A stretch of 64,000 nucleotides of DNA from an uncultured Verrucomicrobiae bacterium (GTDB lineage Bacteria > Verrucomicrobiota > Verrucomicrobiia > Chthoniobacterales > Terrimicrobiaceae), in assembly GCA_963706955.1 (NCBI GenBank), contig CAVPOC010000003.1, positions 32,001-96,000 on the forward strand, given 5' to 3'. Made by a program: the position numbers and the translations under genes. This document shows, one piece after another, positions 32,250 to 43,419 of this stretch (the stretch's first letter is position 1; each line of letters begins with the position of its first letter). Under the pieces are notes generated by a model that was not told the origin of the DNA, did no database searches, and worked only from the letters and a program-made list of their open reading frames with translations.

Positions 32250-34181
32250 TTACCCTTTGTCTCCGGGGCGCCGGGAGCTCTGATGCGCTGTCTCGATGCG
32301 CCTATAGCGTTCAACGTCGGCTGCGCGCAGCCCGTCCGGGCGATACTTGACCACAGTGCGATCCAGCATCACGTCAATTCCAGAAAAGTAACCGACACGA
32401 TCAAAGAGAACGGTATCCTCTAGCATGGCAAATACGCCAGGAAAGTCGATTTTGAGAGCTGTGGGAAAGCCGTTGTTAACGTAGAGAGGCATACCACGCT
32501 CGTCCGCCTCCTTCATGAGGGCTACATATTCGTCGATCGTTTCGGCCCGGCGCACCCTGGGATCATAAACGTAGGGCGGTTGGGTAGTAGCCGCCGTGAT
32601 GATGAGGTAATTTTCGGGCGCGTTTGGATCGAGCGTCGGCCGCGTGGCCAGGACCGATTCGCGATAGCGGGCAGCCCCGTTTGTGAGCAGGAATTTTCTG
32701 GCCGGATTCGAGAGCACTCCAAAAGCGACCAGGATCAGGAGGGCGAACGCGGGCCCTGCCCACCGAACAGCCCGAAATCTCCATAGCGGAGAGAGCACCC
32801 AGAATGCGCCGGCCGCGATCGCTGCGGCAATGCCCTGCAGCATGAAGCCGACATACCATTCCATTAGCATCTTTTTCTGGAATACGGCATAGGCATAGGT
32901 CAGCAGTCCGGGCAGAATCAGGACGGTGACAATCCAGTGCCCCCGAGGTTCGACGACGCACAGGCGAACCACCCCTAAAACAAAGAGGAGCAGCGCAACG
33001 GCAACGGCAAGGTAGAAGGGAATGGGATTGGCTTCCGCTATCGGAAGATATTCCATATAGGGGGTGACTGCCTGACCGCTCCTGGTCCAGAGGCTTCCGG
33101 TCAGAAAGAGTGCCCCGACGTTCTTGAGCCAAAACAGGTGTCCGTCAAAATCACGAACGCTTTGCAAGTAACGGAATAGGCCTGGAACGCATGGCAGGAA
33201 CATCTGCAAAAAAATCATGCCAGCCACGACCGAAGCAGCGAGCCAGCGAAGCATTAGAACATTTCTGACCGGAGCAAGCCGGTCGTCCTTAAAAAAGCGA
33301 AGAAGAACGCAGAGGTTCAGGATCAGAACGGAGAAGAGTGTCGGCGGCCATGTGTAAAGGAGTGCAAAATCGGTCGCCGCAAGAGCGATCCACCACCGCC
33401 ACTTTCCGGTATTCAGCGCAGCCACCGCAAAAAGACAGCCGAGAAGAATAAAGAGAGCAACTAATCCGTACCCTCTAGCCTCAGTGGCAAATCGCAAATG
33501 CCAGGGATGCAGCGCGACCAACCATGCCGCGAAAGCCCCCTCCCAAGGGAAACCAAAACGCGCCATCAGCAAGGCGAGCAGCGGCACAATCAAAATTCCT
33601 GCCACGTAACTGGGTAGTCGGATCGCGGCTTCGCTGAGACGAAGTCCGCCAGGCTGTGCAAACCACCTCCAGGCCGAATGGCTCAATCTGGCCAAGACAC
33701 TCTGCAAGACGTGATTGGTCGTGGAAGAGTAGTTCCAAAGAGTGTTTCTCCAGGGGAAGTGCTTGGGTCTGACCTGGCCATCATCATCGACGCGATACCC
33801 TCCAACGATGCATCGGCGCACGCTGTATTCCTCATCCTCCCAAAGACTCTGGCCCAATCGAGGAAGTCCAATCAGGGCACCGGCAGCCATTGCACCGCCG
33901 ACACAAAGCACCAATCCCTTCGGGAGCTTCGGTGGAGGCTGGGCGCGAATCGCGACCGGCAGCGGACGCGCCCACCATCGCGTCGTCACGGCGAGCAAGA
34001 TCAGCGGCACCAAATTGAGAGCGCCCGCCCACCAGGAATAGACGCGCACATAATCTTTCACGTCAACGAGCGTCGGGTTCTCCCAGGGCTTGGGAGCGAC
34101 GAGCAGCGCGACGATCACGCAGGCAACCAGTGTCCAGCAAATGGTGGTAACTCCCAACCAGGATCGAACGCGACCAAGCAC
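32250..34181 (-). CDS. GT-C fold membrane glycosyltransferase (PMT/ArnT-like)
   Basis: SLWEDEEYS, NHVL, AIRLPS, EARGYGL, many TMs. Confidence 0.75.
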   Translation of the reverse strand: MLGRVRSWLGVTTICWTLVACVIVALLVAPKPWENPTLVDVKDYVRVYSWWAGALNLVPLILLAVTTRWWARPLPVAIRAQPPPKLPKGLVLCVGGAMAAGALIGLPRLGQSLWEDEEYSVRRCIVGGYRVDDDGQVRPKHFPWRNTLWNYSSTTNHVLQSVLARLSHSAWRWFAQPGGLRLSEAAIRLPSYVAGILIVPLLALLMARFGFPWEGAFAAWLVALHPWHLRFATEARGYGLVALFILLGCLFAVAALNTGKWRWWIALAATDFALLYTWPPTLFSVLILNLCVLLRFFKDDRLAPVRNVLMLRWLAASVVAGMIFLQMFLPCVPGLFRYLQSVRDFDGHLFWLKNVGALFLTGSLWTRSGQAVTPYMEYLPIAEANPIPFYLAVAVALLLFVLGVVRLCVVEPRGHWIVTVLILPGLLTYAYAVFQKKMLMEWYVGFMLQGIAAAIAAGAFWVLSPLWRFRAVRWAGPAFALLILVAFGVLSNPARKFLLTNGAARYRESVLATRPTLDPNAPENYLIITAATTQPPYVYDPRVRRAETIDEYVALMKEADERGMPLYVNNGFPTALKIDFPGVFAMLEDTVLFDRVGYFSGIDVMLDRTVVKYRPDGLRAADVERYRRIETAHQSSRRPGDKG

Positions 34182-34431
34182 GCCCTACCGATACTCAGGC
34201 TCCACGGACTTTCGAGGACAATCTAGCCGCCTACGTTTGAACATCATCAAGTCGACGGGCGGCCGGCGATGTCTCTGAGGCCGCTCTCCCCTCGTTTGAC
34301 CGGACGAGATCCGTCGACGACTTGCTCAACTCCAGCAAAGAGACTCGCGCCCTCGCAAAGACTGTCGCAAACTGGAGGCACCAAATTGCCTATAACCACA
34401 TATCTACTTTCCAGCCGAAAGATGCTTTGCC

Positions 34432-36589
34432 GTGCAGATCTTTAGATTTCTCGGGAAGATCAGCTCCTGGTTTTTCGTTCGGCTGGCATGTTTTGTCCTG
34501 CTGATCAGCATCGCGCGTGATGCCCCTGGCCGGCTTAAAGGCGCGCTCTGGTTTTTGGCATTTGTCGCAGCGATGTGGGCCTTTTTGGCCTTGCGTCGCG
34601 AAGCGCGAAAAGCCCTCGATTACATCATTCCGAAGATTCAAGACTGGAGCAGTTCGCTGGAAGGCTCTCCGAAGCTTCAAGCCGGTCGCAGGATCATCAG
34701 CTTTCTCTGTATCGGGATCATCATCGCAACTGCACTCGTTCTTGCCTGGCCGACATGGAGCTTCAAGGCCAGCTCGTCGCTTCGCGAAGACGAGATCATG
34801 AGCATCGTGAGATACAGCTCGCGCGGTTTTGTTCCCGCTATCAGCACTTATAATCTCGCCAGAAATCACGTCTTCTACAACGTCGTCAGCTCCCTTATTC
34901 CCGGCGCGAAATCCACCTTGCCCATTCGTGCGCGACTGGTTTCTTTCCTCGCTGTTCTCGCCTCGCTGGCTCTTCTGATCGGCTACAGCGCAACGCGCGG
35001 CTGGACCCTTCCTGGCGTCGCATACGCCGGGCTCCTCGCAGTCAACTTCGGCACGATGAATACTGTGCTCGAGGCACGTGGCTATGGTCTCATCTTCCTG
35101 TTTGCTATGCTTGGTTCCGTGGCCTTTGCGCGGTGGAGTCAAACCCCATCGCGAACGTGGCTTAACGTAATGGTGGTTACTTGTGTTCTCGGAACATACA
35201 CGCTTCCGTTTTACGTAGTGTTCGGAGGTAGCCTCCTTCTTCTGAGCTTTCTCGTTCGCCCCTCGCGGGAGACTTTCTTGGCAGGCTTCTTGAGCCTCGC
35301 AGCGATTGGCCTTCTCTACCTTCCGATCGCCGCCGACATTTTCGAGGTCTTCAGAGGCTATGCGGACCGCTACGAAAAGACGTTCGTCTCCACCTTTGCG
35401 TCGATGGATGGCGTCTTCTTCTCGCTCCAATATTTCATTCCCCACGAGTTGCTTGAAATCGGCCCGCTCAGTTTTGTTCTGCTGGCCCTGGCGACGCTGC
35501 TCTACGTGGCGTTTGCTCGCTTTGCGACAACGGCAGACCGCCTTTCCTTTGCGGGCGTGACAGTTTCTATCGCGGCTTTTCTGGCATTTTGCCTTTACTG
35601 CAAAATTGTTCCCGCGCGAGTTTCTTCGTTCCTCAGTGCTCCATTGGCCTTTCTTGCGCTTCTGGTCACGGGATCGATCCTTACCAGTCGGTCGCTAACA
35701 TCTCTGCGTCCGTTGACTGACGTCTGCTTCACCGCGCTAGTGGTCATCGCCCTTCTGAAATCCGAAGTGGCACAACCTCTCATCCCCCGATCGGACTGGC
35801 GAAGCCTTGGCGTGCTTATCGAGCGTGCTTTCCCGAGCAACATCGCGCATCTTCATGGTCGGAGACAATCCGGCTCTATTGCAATGGAACTTATCAACGC
35901 GAACTAAGCCTAGCGCCGATCCCTTCGACCGCGAATCGATGGACGAGGGAAAACTGGTCGCCGTGGAGGGTTACACCAAATCGTCGGATAAAGACCGACG
36001 CTTTCGCTGGGAAGACCTGCCGGGAAACGTCCGCTTTGTAACCAGCCCAATCGGCTTAAATTACCACCGGGTCTTCTTCGTTCCACCGCGCGAATCTCGG
36101 ATCGCCTCCGTTCGCGTCAACGATCAAGAGATCGAGTTACCCAATTCTGGAAGGCAGCCATCGGATCGCGCTCTCCTCGTTCACTCCTTCGGCCACGGAG
36201 ATGTTCTCGCGCCGACAAGCCTCGACGAAACTGGTGCAACGCAGCCGAATTTCGCCCGCCCATTTCAGATCCAGCTTCCGGCGACCATCACCATTGAGCT
36301 GGAACCGAACGCGCCAGCGGGCACTTGCAATTTCCTATTTACCCAGGGATTGCAGGATAAAAGGCTGCACGCCAGAACGAGAAGTCCGGGTGGTGGCTGG
36401 CGGAAAACGGCCAACGTTTTCGTTCTCGGGGAATTGGCCAGCGTTGCGCTCGACCGAAAGGGCTGCGAAGCCATTCAGCTTTCCATCGAAAGCCAGCCGG
36501 GCGCCGCCCAAGAACTCCCCGACGGAGAACGCCCGCCATTCGGACTCCTTAATGCCTGGGTCGCCCAAGGGAAAGATCGCCTGCCTTAG
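34432..36589 (+). CDS. GT-C fold membrane glycosyltransferase with C-terminal soluble domain, frameshift near 35850
   Basis: SLREDEIMS, NHVFY, ARLVS, EARGYGL. ORFs 34432..35907 and 35807..36589 overlap. Confidence 0.7.
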
Positions 36590-36732
36590 CTAGGTTGAGC
36601 CACAGGAGAGTCCCAAGTTGCTTTACACGCAAACAGCATCTTCAGTAGTCTTGGGTCTTAGACCCTGTGCGGGCGAATCCCTGCGCAAGATGGTCTCCTT
36701 ATCAATTCACTCCAATAACCAGTTTCATCGTT

Positions 36733-37218
36733 ATGGACACCGAACTCGGTCGAACTGTGATCTCCGCGCTTTCAGCCCTCTCAGGAATGGTGATAGCGTA
36801 CAGATCGAGATCTGAAAGCAACAAAGTCCTGGCGGAGCAGGAAGTCGGCCCGGTCAGCGCCTCCACGACCGATCCGTGGCGGTGGCGTGCAGACACTCAC
36901 CTGATCTCACCAGATGAGCTCGATCAAATCGTCTCGAAAGCGGAGGCCTCGGCAGAGGCCGGGCAAGCGCTCGCTTCGATCATGCCGGACGACTTGCTTC
37001 GCGAGATCCTCGAGCACATCGATAGCGAAACCGCCAGGCTGCAGGAATCAATCGCCGATCCGTCGAGATCGAAGGCTCGCCGGCAGCGCGATGTCGATCA
37101 TGCGGACGCTGAGATTTGCGTTGAGTTGCAAACAATCAAGAGGCACCACAACAACATCATCCCCGACGTGCCCCAGCGCGCTCTCGCCAAACTTTGGCAA
37201 CAGCATCGCTGCCAATAG
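36733..37218 (+). CDS. Hypothetical protein with N-terminal hydrophobic segment
   Basis: ORF from MDTELGR fills the gap between flanking genes. No motif recognised. Confidence 0.6.
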   Translation: MDTELGRTVISALSALSGMVIAYRSRSESNKVLAEQEVGPVSASTTDPWRWRADTHLISPDELDQIVSKAEASAEAGQALASIMPDDLLREILEHIDSETARLQESIADPSRSKARRQRDVDHADAEICVELQTIKRHHNNIIPDVPQRALAKLWQQHRCQ

Positions 37219-37305
37219 CTCAAGCATTCGCGCTTTCAACACACTGGCAGACTTTGGTAGACGCCGCTTTGGCACGCTAACCCTAGAAACTGGACTCCGT
37301 TGAGC

Positions 37306-38128
37306 ATGGAGGAGATTAGGATCAACAAAGATACGCAGCTCTGCATGTCGCTGGCGGCGCGTCCTGGCAATTTTGGGACACGATTCCACAATTTTCTCTA
37401 TCGAGAGCTGGGGCTAAATTATATTTACAAGGCGTTCACGACGCGCGATCTCGCCGCGGCCATTGGCGGAATCCGCGCTTTGGGTATCCGTGGATGCGCC
37501 ATCTCGATGCCGTTCAAAGAGGCATGCATCCAATATCTGGACGAGCTGGATTCCTCCGCGCGTGGGATCATGTCCGTGAACACCATCGTAAACTCCGATG
37601 GTTACTTGAAGGCCTTTAATACCGACTACACGGCCGTTTTCACGTTGATCGCGTCAGCACGAATTCCTGAGACAACCAGGTTTGCGCTCCGCGGCAGCGG
37701 CGGGATGGCGAAAGCTGTCGCCTGCGCGCTGAAGGATGCGGGATTCGCGAATGGTACTATCGTCGCGCGCAATGAAAAATGCCGGAGCCGCCCTGGCTGA
37801 GCAGTATGGCTTTGCCTGGAAGAGGGAACTCGAAAATGAAACACCCGGGCTGTTGCTCAATGTAACTCCGATCGGGATGGCGGGGGGGACCGAAGCCGAT
37901 CAGCTCGCCTTCTCCGAAGAGTTGATTCGCGCGGCCCAAATGGTCTTCGATGTCGTGGCCCTTCCCCCAGAAACACCGCTCATTCGGTTGGCAAACAAAT
38001 TGGGAAAGAAGACGATCAGCGGTGCCGAGGTGATTGCGCTTCAAGCCGTCGAACAATTTGTGCTTTACACCGGCGTCCGACCGGAGACTGAGCTGGTCAA
38101 AAAGGCGGCCGCCTTTGCCAGCGCTTAG
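37306..38128 (+). CDS. Shikimate dehydrogenase-like protein (SdhL/HI0607 type), frameshift near 37780
   Basis: SLAARPGNFGTRFHN, ISMPFK, SVNT, NTDY, GSGGMAKA, NVTPIGM, FDVVALP, LQAVEQF. Confidence 0.88.
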
Positions 38129-38158
38129 AACTCAACATCCCTTTCATCAAGAACCTCG

Positions 38159-39185
38159 ATGAGCCAAGCCACACGAGTTGGGATATTAGCTGGCGGAAAC
38201 TGGATCGTCGATCACACCAAGATCATCGATGGCTATCCGCCTCAGGATACTCTCGCAAGCAATCCTGTCGCAAACCTCCAGCAATGGAGGTGGACCTTAC
38301 AATGTGGTGATCGATTTGGCGCACCTCGAAGCCCCCTTTCCGCTCGAAGCCATTGGACTCGTCGGCGATGACGCCGAGGGAGAGTACATTCGGAGCGACT
38401 GCCGGTCACACAAGATAGACGTGCATCAATTGCAGATGACCAAGGAAGCGCCTACCTCCTATACCGACGTGATGACCGTGAAATCCACCGGAAGGCGCAC
38501 CTTCTTCCACCAGCGCGGCGCCAACGCCTTTCTCGACGCGCCTCATTTTGATTTCACCCAGAGCAACGCGCGCATCTTTCACCTCGGTTATCTGCTGCTG
38601 CTCGATCGCCTCGACCAACCGGACCCTCGTTACGGAACCGTCGCGGCATCCGTGCTCCAACGTGCCCAGGCCGCCGGGTTCAAGACCAGCGTGGACGTGG
38701 TGAGTGTGGAAAGTGACCGCTTTGCCGACATTGTGCTGCCGGCGCTGCGCTTCTGTGACTATTGCATTCTGAACGAATTGGAGGCGGAGCGGACAACCGG
38801 AGTTACCATCATCAAGGAAGGTATCGTTGATCTCTCCGCCGCTCGTGTCGCTGCTCGCCAACTCGTCGATGCGGGTGTGCGCGAATGGGTCGTCATCCAC
38901 TTTCCTTACGGCGCAATCGCCGTGAATGGTCAAAACAATCAACTCGTGCAGCCAAGCGTCAACATGCCGCAGGCCTCGATTGGCGGGACCACCGGTGCGG
39001 GCGACGCCTTTGCCGCAGGAATTCTCCTCGGCCTGCACGAAAACGCTCCAATGGAGACCGCCCTGCGCTACGGAGTCTGCACCGCTGCTGCCTCGCTTAC
39101 CGATCCCAGCAGTTCAGACGGAGTCGTTCCTCTCAGGGAGTGCCTCGCTTTGGCGGAAAAGCACGGCTATCGCGATTTAGGATGA
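38159..39185 (+). CDS. PfkB/ribokinase-family carbohydrate kinase, frameshift near 38258
   Basis: GGNWIVD, NGGGPYNV, GLVGDD, NELEA, TTGAGDAFAAG. Confidence 0.9.
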
Positions 39186-40216
39186 ACAAGACGCTCGATA
39201 TCAAAATCGCCGACATTCTGCAAAATCCCTCGAGCAGCAAAGCGTTCATCATTGCTGATGCCAAGGATGCTGACATGGCGTTCGGAGTTGCCGCACCCGG
39301 CCCTCGCGGCAGCCCGAAGGCAAACGATTACGATACCGACTGGAAAACTTTGGAAGACTTTCGTGCTCAGATTCGCGATGTCATTCGCCAGGGGATTGTC
39401 GACATTGTCCTACTCTCGGCATCAAACGTGGAGGTGCTGGCAATGGAGGAGCGCCTCTTCGAGAACTCCGGGGTCACTCCGGCGGCCCGCGCAAACGACA
39501 CCTCAGACATCTGGGCGGTTAGGGGCGGCAAGTACCCGCGCGAGGCTTCGCGATCGTTCCGCACTGCAACCCTCGACCATATCATGTACGGGCATCTTGA
39601 TCCGAAGCCCGGTGAGAAAATTATCGGCGCCGATCTGGGTCTCTATTCGATCACCTTCACCAATGATTTGGCTGCGGAGCACTACGCGTTGCGCGAATTC
39701 CACGAGTTTCGCCTCGAGGCGGAGCGCAAGGGGTTTCGCTATTTTCTGGAAGTCTTTAATCCGAACATTGAACCGGGAATCGTCGAGACTGAAATTCCGG
39801 CCTTCGTCAATGATCACGTCATCCGTTCGCTAGCCGGCGTCACCGGACGCGGACGGCCGCTTTTCTTAAAGATTGCGTATAATGGTCCGAAGGCCCTCGC
39901 CGAGCTAGTCAGCTACGATCCACACCTGGTTGTCGGAATTCTCGGAGGCAGCGCCGGCACAACCTACGACGCCTTTAAGCTCATCGCCGACGCACAAACC
40001 TATGGCGCGCGCGTGGCCCTCTTCGGGCGAAAAATTAATCTTTCCGAAGATCCCCTTACCTTCATCGAGATGCTGCGGCACATCGTCGATCACGAGATTA
40101 CCGCCGAGGAAGCTGTCAAAGCGTACCATGGCGCACTCGAGGAGCTTGGCATTCGGCCGTTCCGTGAGCTCGCCGACGACATGAAGCTGACGGGAACCAT
40201 GATGCGCTACCGCTAG
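39182..40216 (+). CDS. Uncharacterised TIM-barrel protein, class I aldolase-like
   Basis: IADAKDADMAFG, VDIVLLS, FLEVFNP, PLFLKIAY (candidate Schiff-base Lys), GILGG, ALFGRKI. ATGA overlap with the kinase. Confidence 0.6.
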   Translation: MNKTLDIKIADILQNPSSSKAFIIADAKDADMAFGVAAPGPRGSPKANDYDTDWKTLEDFRAQIRDVIRQGIVDIVLLSASNVEVLAMEERLFENSGVTPAARANDTSDIWAVRGGKYPREASRSFRTATLDHIMYGHLDPKPGEKIIGADLGLYSITFTNDLAAEHYALREFHEFRLEAERKGFRYFLEVFNPNIEPGIVETEIPAFVNDHVIRSLAGVTGRGRPLFLKIAYNGPKALAELVSYDPHLVVGILGGSAGTTYDAFKLIADAQTYGARVALFGRKINLSEDPLTFIEMLRHIVDHEITAEEAVKAYHGALEELGIRPFRELADDMKLTGTMMRYR

Positions 40217-40230
40217 GAATTCTTGCGGCG

Positions 40231-40998
40231 CTACGCCGCTCCCGAAACGTCCGGCTTCTCCAATCGCTCCTGAATCTCCTTGCATAAGGCGCTGTACGCC
40301 TGGGCGACCGGAAGCTTGGGCGCGTAAGCCAGAACCGGCATTCGGCGAAGTCCCATCTTCTCAATCTCGACAGTGAAAGGGATCACCGTGCGAAGGAACA
40401 TGGGATAACGCTCCGGCAAGTGCGCAATCGTTTCCTGGTGAATGCGGCTCCGTTTTTGGGCCATCGAGAAGAATGGGACGATGATCTCTGTCGGTAATTC
40501 CACTTCTTTGAAGAAATCCACGAGCTGTTCGAGGGTGCGCTCCGAGAGCGGCGTTGGGATCACCGGCACCAAGATCATACTCGAAGCGCGAAAGACGTTC
40601 TCAGACAGCAAGGTGATGTTCGGCGGGCAGTCTAGAACGATGAAATCGTAGTCCACGCCGAGATCGTCGAGAAGCCAGCGAAGTTGCTTGCGAGACTTGC
40701 GCATCCGATCCAACGCGATGTCCAAATTCCGATAGGCAAGATTGGATGGCAGAATATCCAGTCCTGGATAGTCGGATTCGCGGATATTGCGCTGGAAACC
40801 GGCATCGGTGAGCTCATCCAACTCCAACTCAAATTCAGCTGCGGGGCTGACACGGAAGAAAAATGCGGCGGCACCCTGCGGGTCGAGGTCCACCAAAAGC
40901 GTGCGCTTGCCGGCTTGTTGCAGAGCGTAAGCCAGGTTGACAGAGAGTGCCGTTTTGCCAACTCCGCCTTTGATGCTATAGGCGGACACTATCTTCAT
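40231..40998 (-). CDS. ParA/MinD-family ATPase
   Basis: Deviant Walker A KGGVGKT, VDLDPQG, VLDCPP. Confidence 0.93.
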   Translation of the reverse strand: MKIVSAYSIKGGVGKTALSVNLAYALQQAGKRTLLVDLDPQGAAAFFFRVSPAAEFELELDELTDAGFQRNIRESDYPGLDILPSNLAYRNLDIALDRMRKSRKQLRWLLDDLGVDYDFIVLDCPPNITLLSENVFRASSMILVPVIPTPLSERTLEQLVDFFKEVELPTEIIVPFFSMAQKRSRIHQETIAHLPERYPMFLRTVIPFTVEIEKMGLRRMPVLAYAPKLPVAQAYSALCKEIQERLEKPDVSGAA

Positions 40999-42596
40999 GC
41001 GGCCTTGGAATCTTCGGCTGAGCCGGAGCCCAATTTCGCAGAATCCACACAGACGGCCTTGACTGCTCGAGCAATTTGCGGCGAGCAGAAATCGTCCAAG
41101 GTGTTGTGGAAACGGTTCCGCTCTTCCTGCTGGTCGTGATAGAGAAGTGCGACGAGCCCGCCAATGCAGAGGGCGAGACCCTCATGAGGACCGCTCGCCT
41201 GACGTTTGCGTTCCCAATATTGGAGGAGAGAGCGCTGCTGGACGGAGCAATCATTGAAGACCCCGAGACACGTTTGAAGGCGCCGCAGCTGTTTCTCGAT
41301 CTGTTCGGTCTCGCCTTCGGGCAAGAGCTCACTGAAGAATTCAATCAGGTAACGCAGTTTTTTGCAGTGGATGCGCACTTTGTGCAAGACTTCGTCGGGC
41401 GTGTCGCTTCCCAAGCCACGTTCGATCTTGAGAATTCGCTTGTAACGTTTGTAGATCCGCCCGGCGATGAGCGGGCCGGCAGGTTCCCGGGAGACTTCGG
41501 TCTCGAGAATATCGGTCGGCGCCGAGAAAAATCGCTCCACTTTCTCGATGCTGGCGCGGTACTCGGTCGAGCTTAGATCGCGAACAACCCTCCTGAGCGC
41601 ACGGCGCCGCTCCCGTCCAAAGTCGTGAAAGACTTCTTGCAGGGGCGCTCTCAGGGCTTCGGGAAGCATCCGCGTGTACTCGTCTCGGGCCAGAAGATAG
41701 ACGTCGAGATCTCGCAGTTTGTTGGTCGCGTCGCAAAAGCGCGCAAACAATGCTTTCAGCTCGTTCGTCTTTTCCTCGGGGTAGATGCCCTTCAGCAAGC
41801 TCAACACCGATCGGATCTTGCGCATGCAGATGCGATAATCGTGCAGGAACTCGGTATCGATATCCTCCTTTATGCCGGTTTCATTCTCGCGCGCGATCGC
41901 CAGCATCCGGTGAATGATTCGGCGCGCCGTCTCGCGCACTGGCAGATCCGGCCGCAAATCGAACGAAGGCCGCAATGTGTAGTGTCGGGGTGGCGATTCC
42001 TGCTCTCTTAGAAAAATTGCCAGCGGGCCTTCACTAATTTCCCTGGCACCCAGCGTTCGCAAAATCTCGATCGCCTTGGCCGCTTCGGCTTCATAGCCCC
42101 TGAGAGGACGAAAGTGGCACAGGCGGTAGAAGGGCTCTGCGGCCCCGTCCTCAGGAAACAAAGCAGTCAGATCGAACCGGAAAACCGTCTTCTCTTCTCG
42201 ATTGAGCAATTCCACGGGCTGCTCCTGGACCCAGAACCGCGCAACGCGCATCAGAGCGCGAATACCGACGAACGGCTCCAGCTCCCGGCGTAGATCTCCT
42301 TCCGGAAACTCCCCTACAAATCGCGGGACCCGGCGTGCCGCCATTGGCGTGGCACGTCGCAGATCACCAATCCAATCATGATCCCGCTCACAAAGGCAGA
42401 GTTGTCCTTCGGACTGGTAGAGCAACCGCTGGCCAAACCAGATTCCCCACTCGAAAGTGTCGTAAAAGGTCGCTTTGGCCCGGACAACCTCTCCTAGCCG
42501 AATACCGAACGTTGGCTCCAAGGCGGCACAGAGACCTTCACTCTCCAATTCCGCAGGGATTTGACAGTTTTTCTGGGTGACTCGCTCACTCTCCAA
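40995..42596 (-). CDS. CHAD-domain protein with N-terminal CYTH-like region
   Basis: FYDTFEW, FLHDYRICMRKIRS, LRDLDV, LHKVRIHCKKLRYL, LQTCLGVFND. Confidence 0.88.
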   Translation of the reverse strand: MESERVTQKNCQIPAELESEGLCAALEPTFGIRLGEVVRAKATFYDTFEWGIWFGQRLLYQSEGQLCLCERDHDWIGDLRRATPMAARRVPRFVGEFPEGDLRRELEPFVGIRALMRVARFWVQEQPVELLNREEKTVFRFDLTALFPEDGAAEPFYRLCHFRPLRGYEAEAAKAIEILRTLGAREISEGPLAIFLREQESPPRHYTLRPSFDLRPDLPVRETARRIIHRMLAIARENETGIKEDIDTEFLHDYRICMRKIRSVLSLLKGIYPEEKTNELKALFARFCDATNKLRDLDVYLLARDEYTRMLPEALRAPLQEVFHDFGRERRRALRRVVRDLSSTEYRASIEKVERFFSAPTDILETEVSREPAGPLIAGRIYKRYKRILKIERGLGSDTPDEVLHKVRIHCKKLRYLIEFFSELLPEGETEQIEKQLRRLQTCLGVFNDCSVQQRSLLQYWERKRQASGPHEGLALCIGGLVALLYHDQQEERNRFHNTLDDFCSPQIARAVKAVCVDSAKLGSGSAEDSKAA

Positions 42597-42834
42597 GCGA
42601 GGTCAGCCTATGCTATTCCAAAAAAACGCGCAATCCCGGCGCGAATTTCCATAGTCGCGCCGGTCAAGCCGAACGGCATGCGATCGCTGGATTCAGCGGA
42701 GGGCTTCCCACACTCCCCGATGCTACCATTGAAGAGCGAGTCGGCCACCCCTCTCGAGGCGGAGTTTAGACTATTGCTTGGTCAGTGCGGGCGGATTCTC
42801 GCCGTGGCACAACGTTGGCTATCGCCTTGAAATT

Positions 42835-43392
42835 CTAACCGCTCGAGAGCTGAAATTCCCATTCTGACAGCTGCGCTTTCCACCGGGAAACATACCTGAA
42901 TGCAGTCGCCAAAGCGGAGAGCTCATCCGGGGAAACATCCGGCCATCGGAAGTCCAAGTCTTCGAGTTGTCTCGCCAACCCATCGTCGGCGTGCTGAACA
43001 AAACCCGAGGCTGCGCGGATCTGCCGCAGAGCCTCAGCGATTTCCGGTGATAGCAATGCCCTCGCCAGAGCAGAGCTGGTATTCTCAAAGCGCTGCCAGA
43101 CAGTTCGAGCTGCCTGGACCGCATTTCCTGCTTGCAAGAAAAGATCCGCGTGAGGCACATGTCCGCCGTCCCTTTTGAAGGTCGGAAAGACCAGCTCGAG
43201 AAGATGCCGGAGGCGCGTTGCCGGGTCGCGAAGTGTCTTGTACGCCTCCTGGACCAGGTGAAACTCTTCGTCGTCTCCTCCGGACGCATCCGGGTGCCGA
43301 TCGGCGGCCAGTCTTAGATATGTCTCTTTGAGCGCTGGCTCGTCGATAAGCGGTCTTCGGCTAATCCCAAAAAACGCAAATGCATCCTCCAT
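42835..43392 (-). CDS. J-domain co-chaperone (HscB-like)
   Basis: DAFAFFG..LKETY..RHPD..EAYKTLRDPATRLRHLLEL, downstream of iscA. Confidence 0.75.
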   Translation of the reverse strand: MEDAFAFFGISRRPLIDEPALKETYLRLAADRHPDASGGDDEEFHLVQEAYKTLRDPATRLRHLLELVFPTFKRDGGHVPHADLFLQAGNAVQAARTVWQRFENTSSALARALLSPEIAEALRQIRAASGFVQHADDGLARQLEDLDFRWPDVSPDELSALATAFRYVSRWKAQLSEWEFQLSSG

Positions 43393-43419
43393 GATTATTA
43401 CGCCCATTACCAGCAGAGG

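Noticed and set aside
38885..39181. N-terminal extension of the aldolase-like ORF
   Set aside because: It overlaps the pfkB gene out of frame. ATG 39182 gives a normal 4-nt overlap.
40231..40998. Chromosome or plasmid partition locus
   Set aside because: No parB, parS-like palindrome or rep gene is visible nearby.
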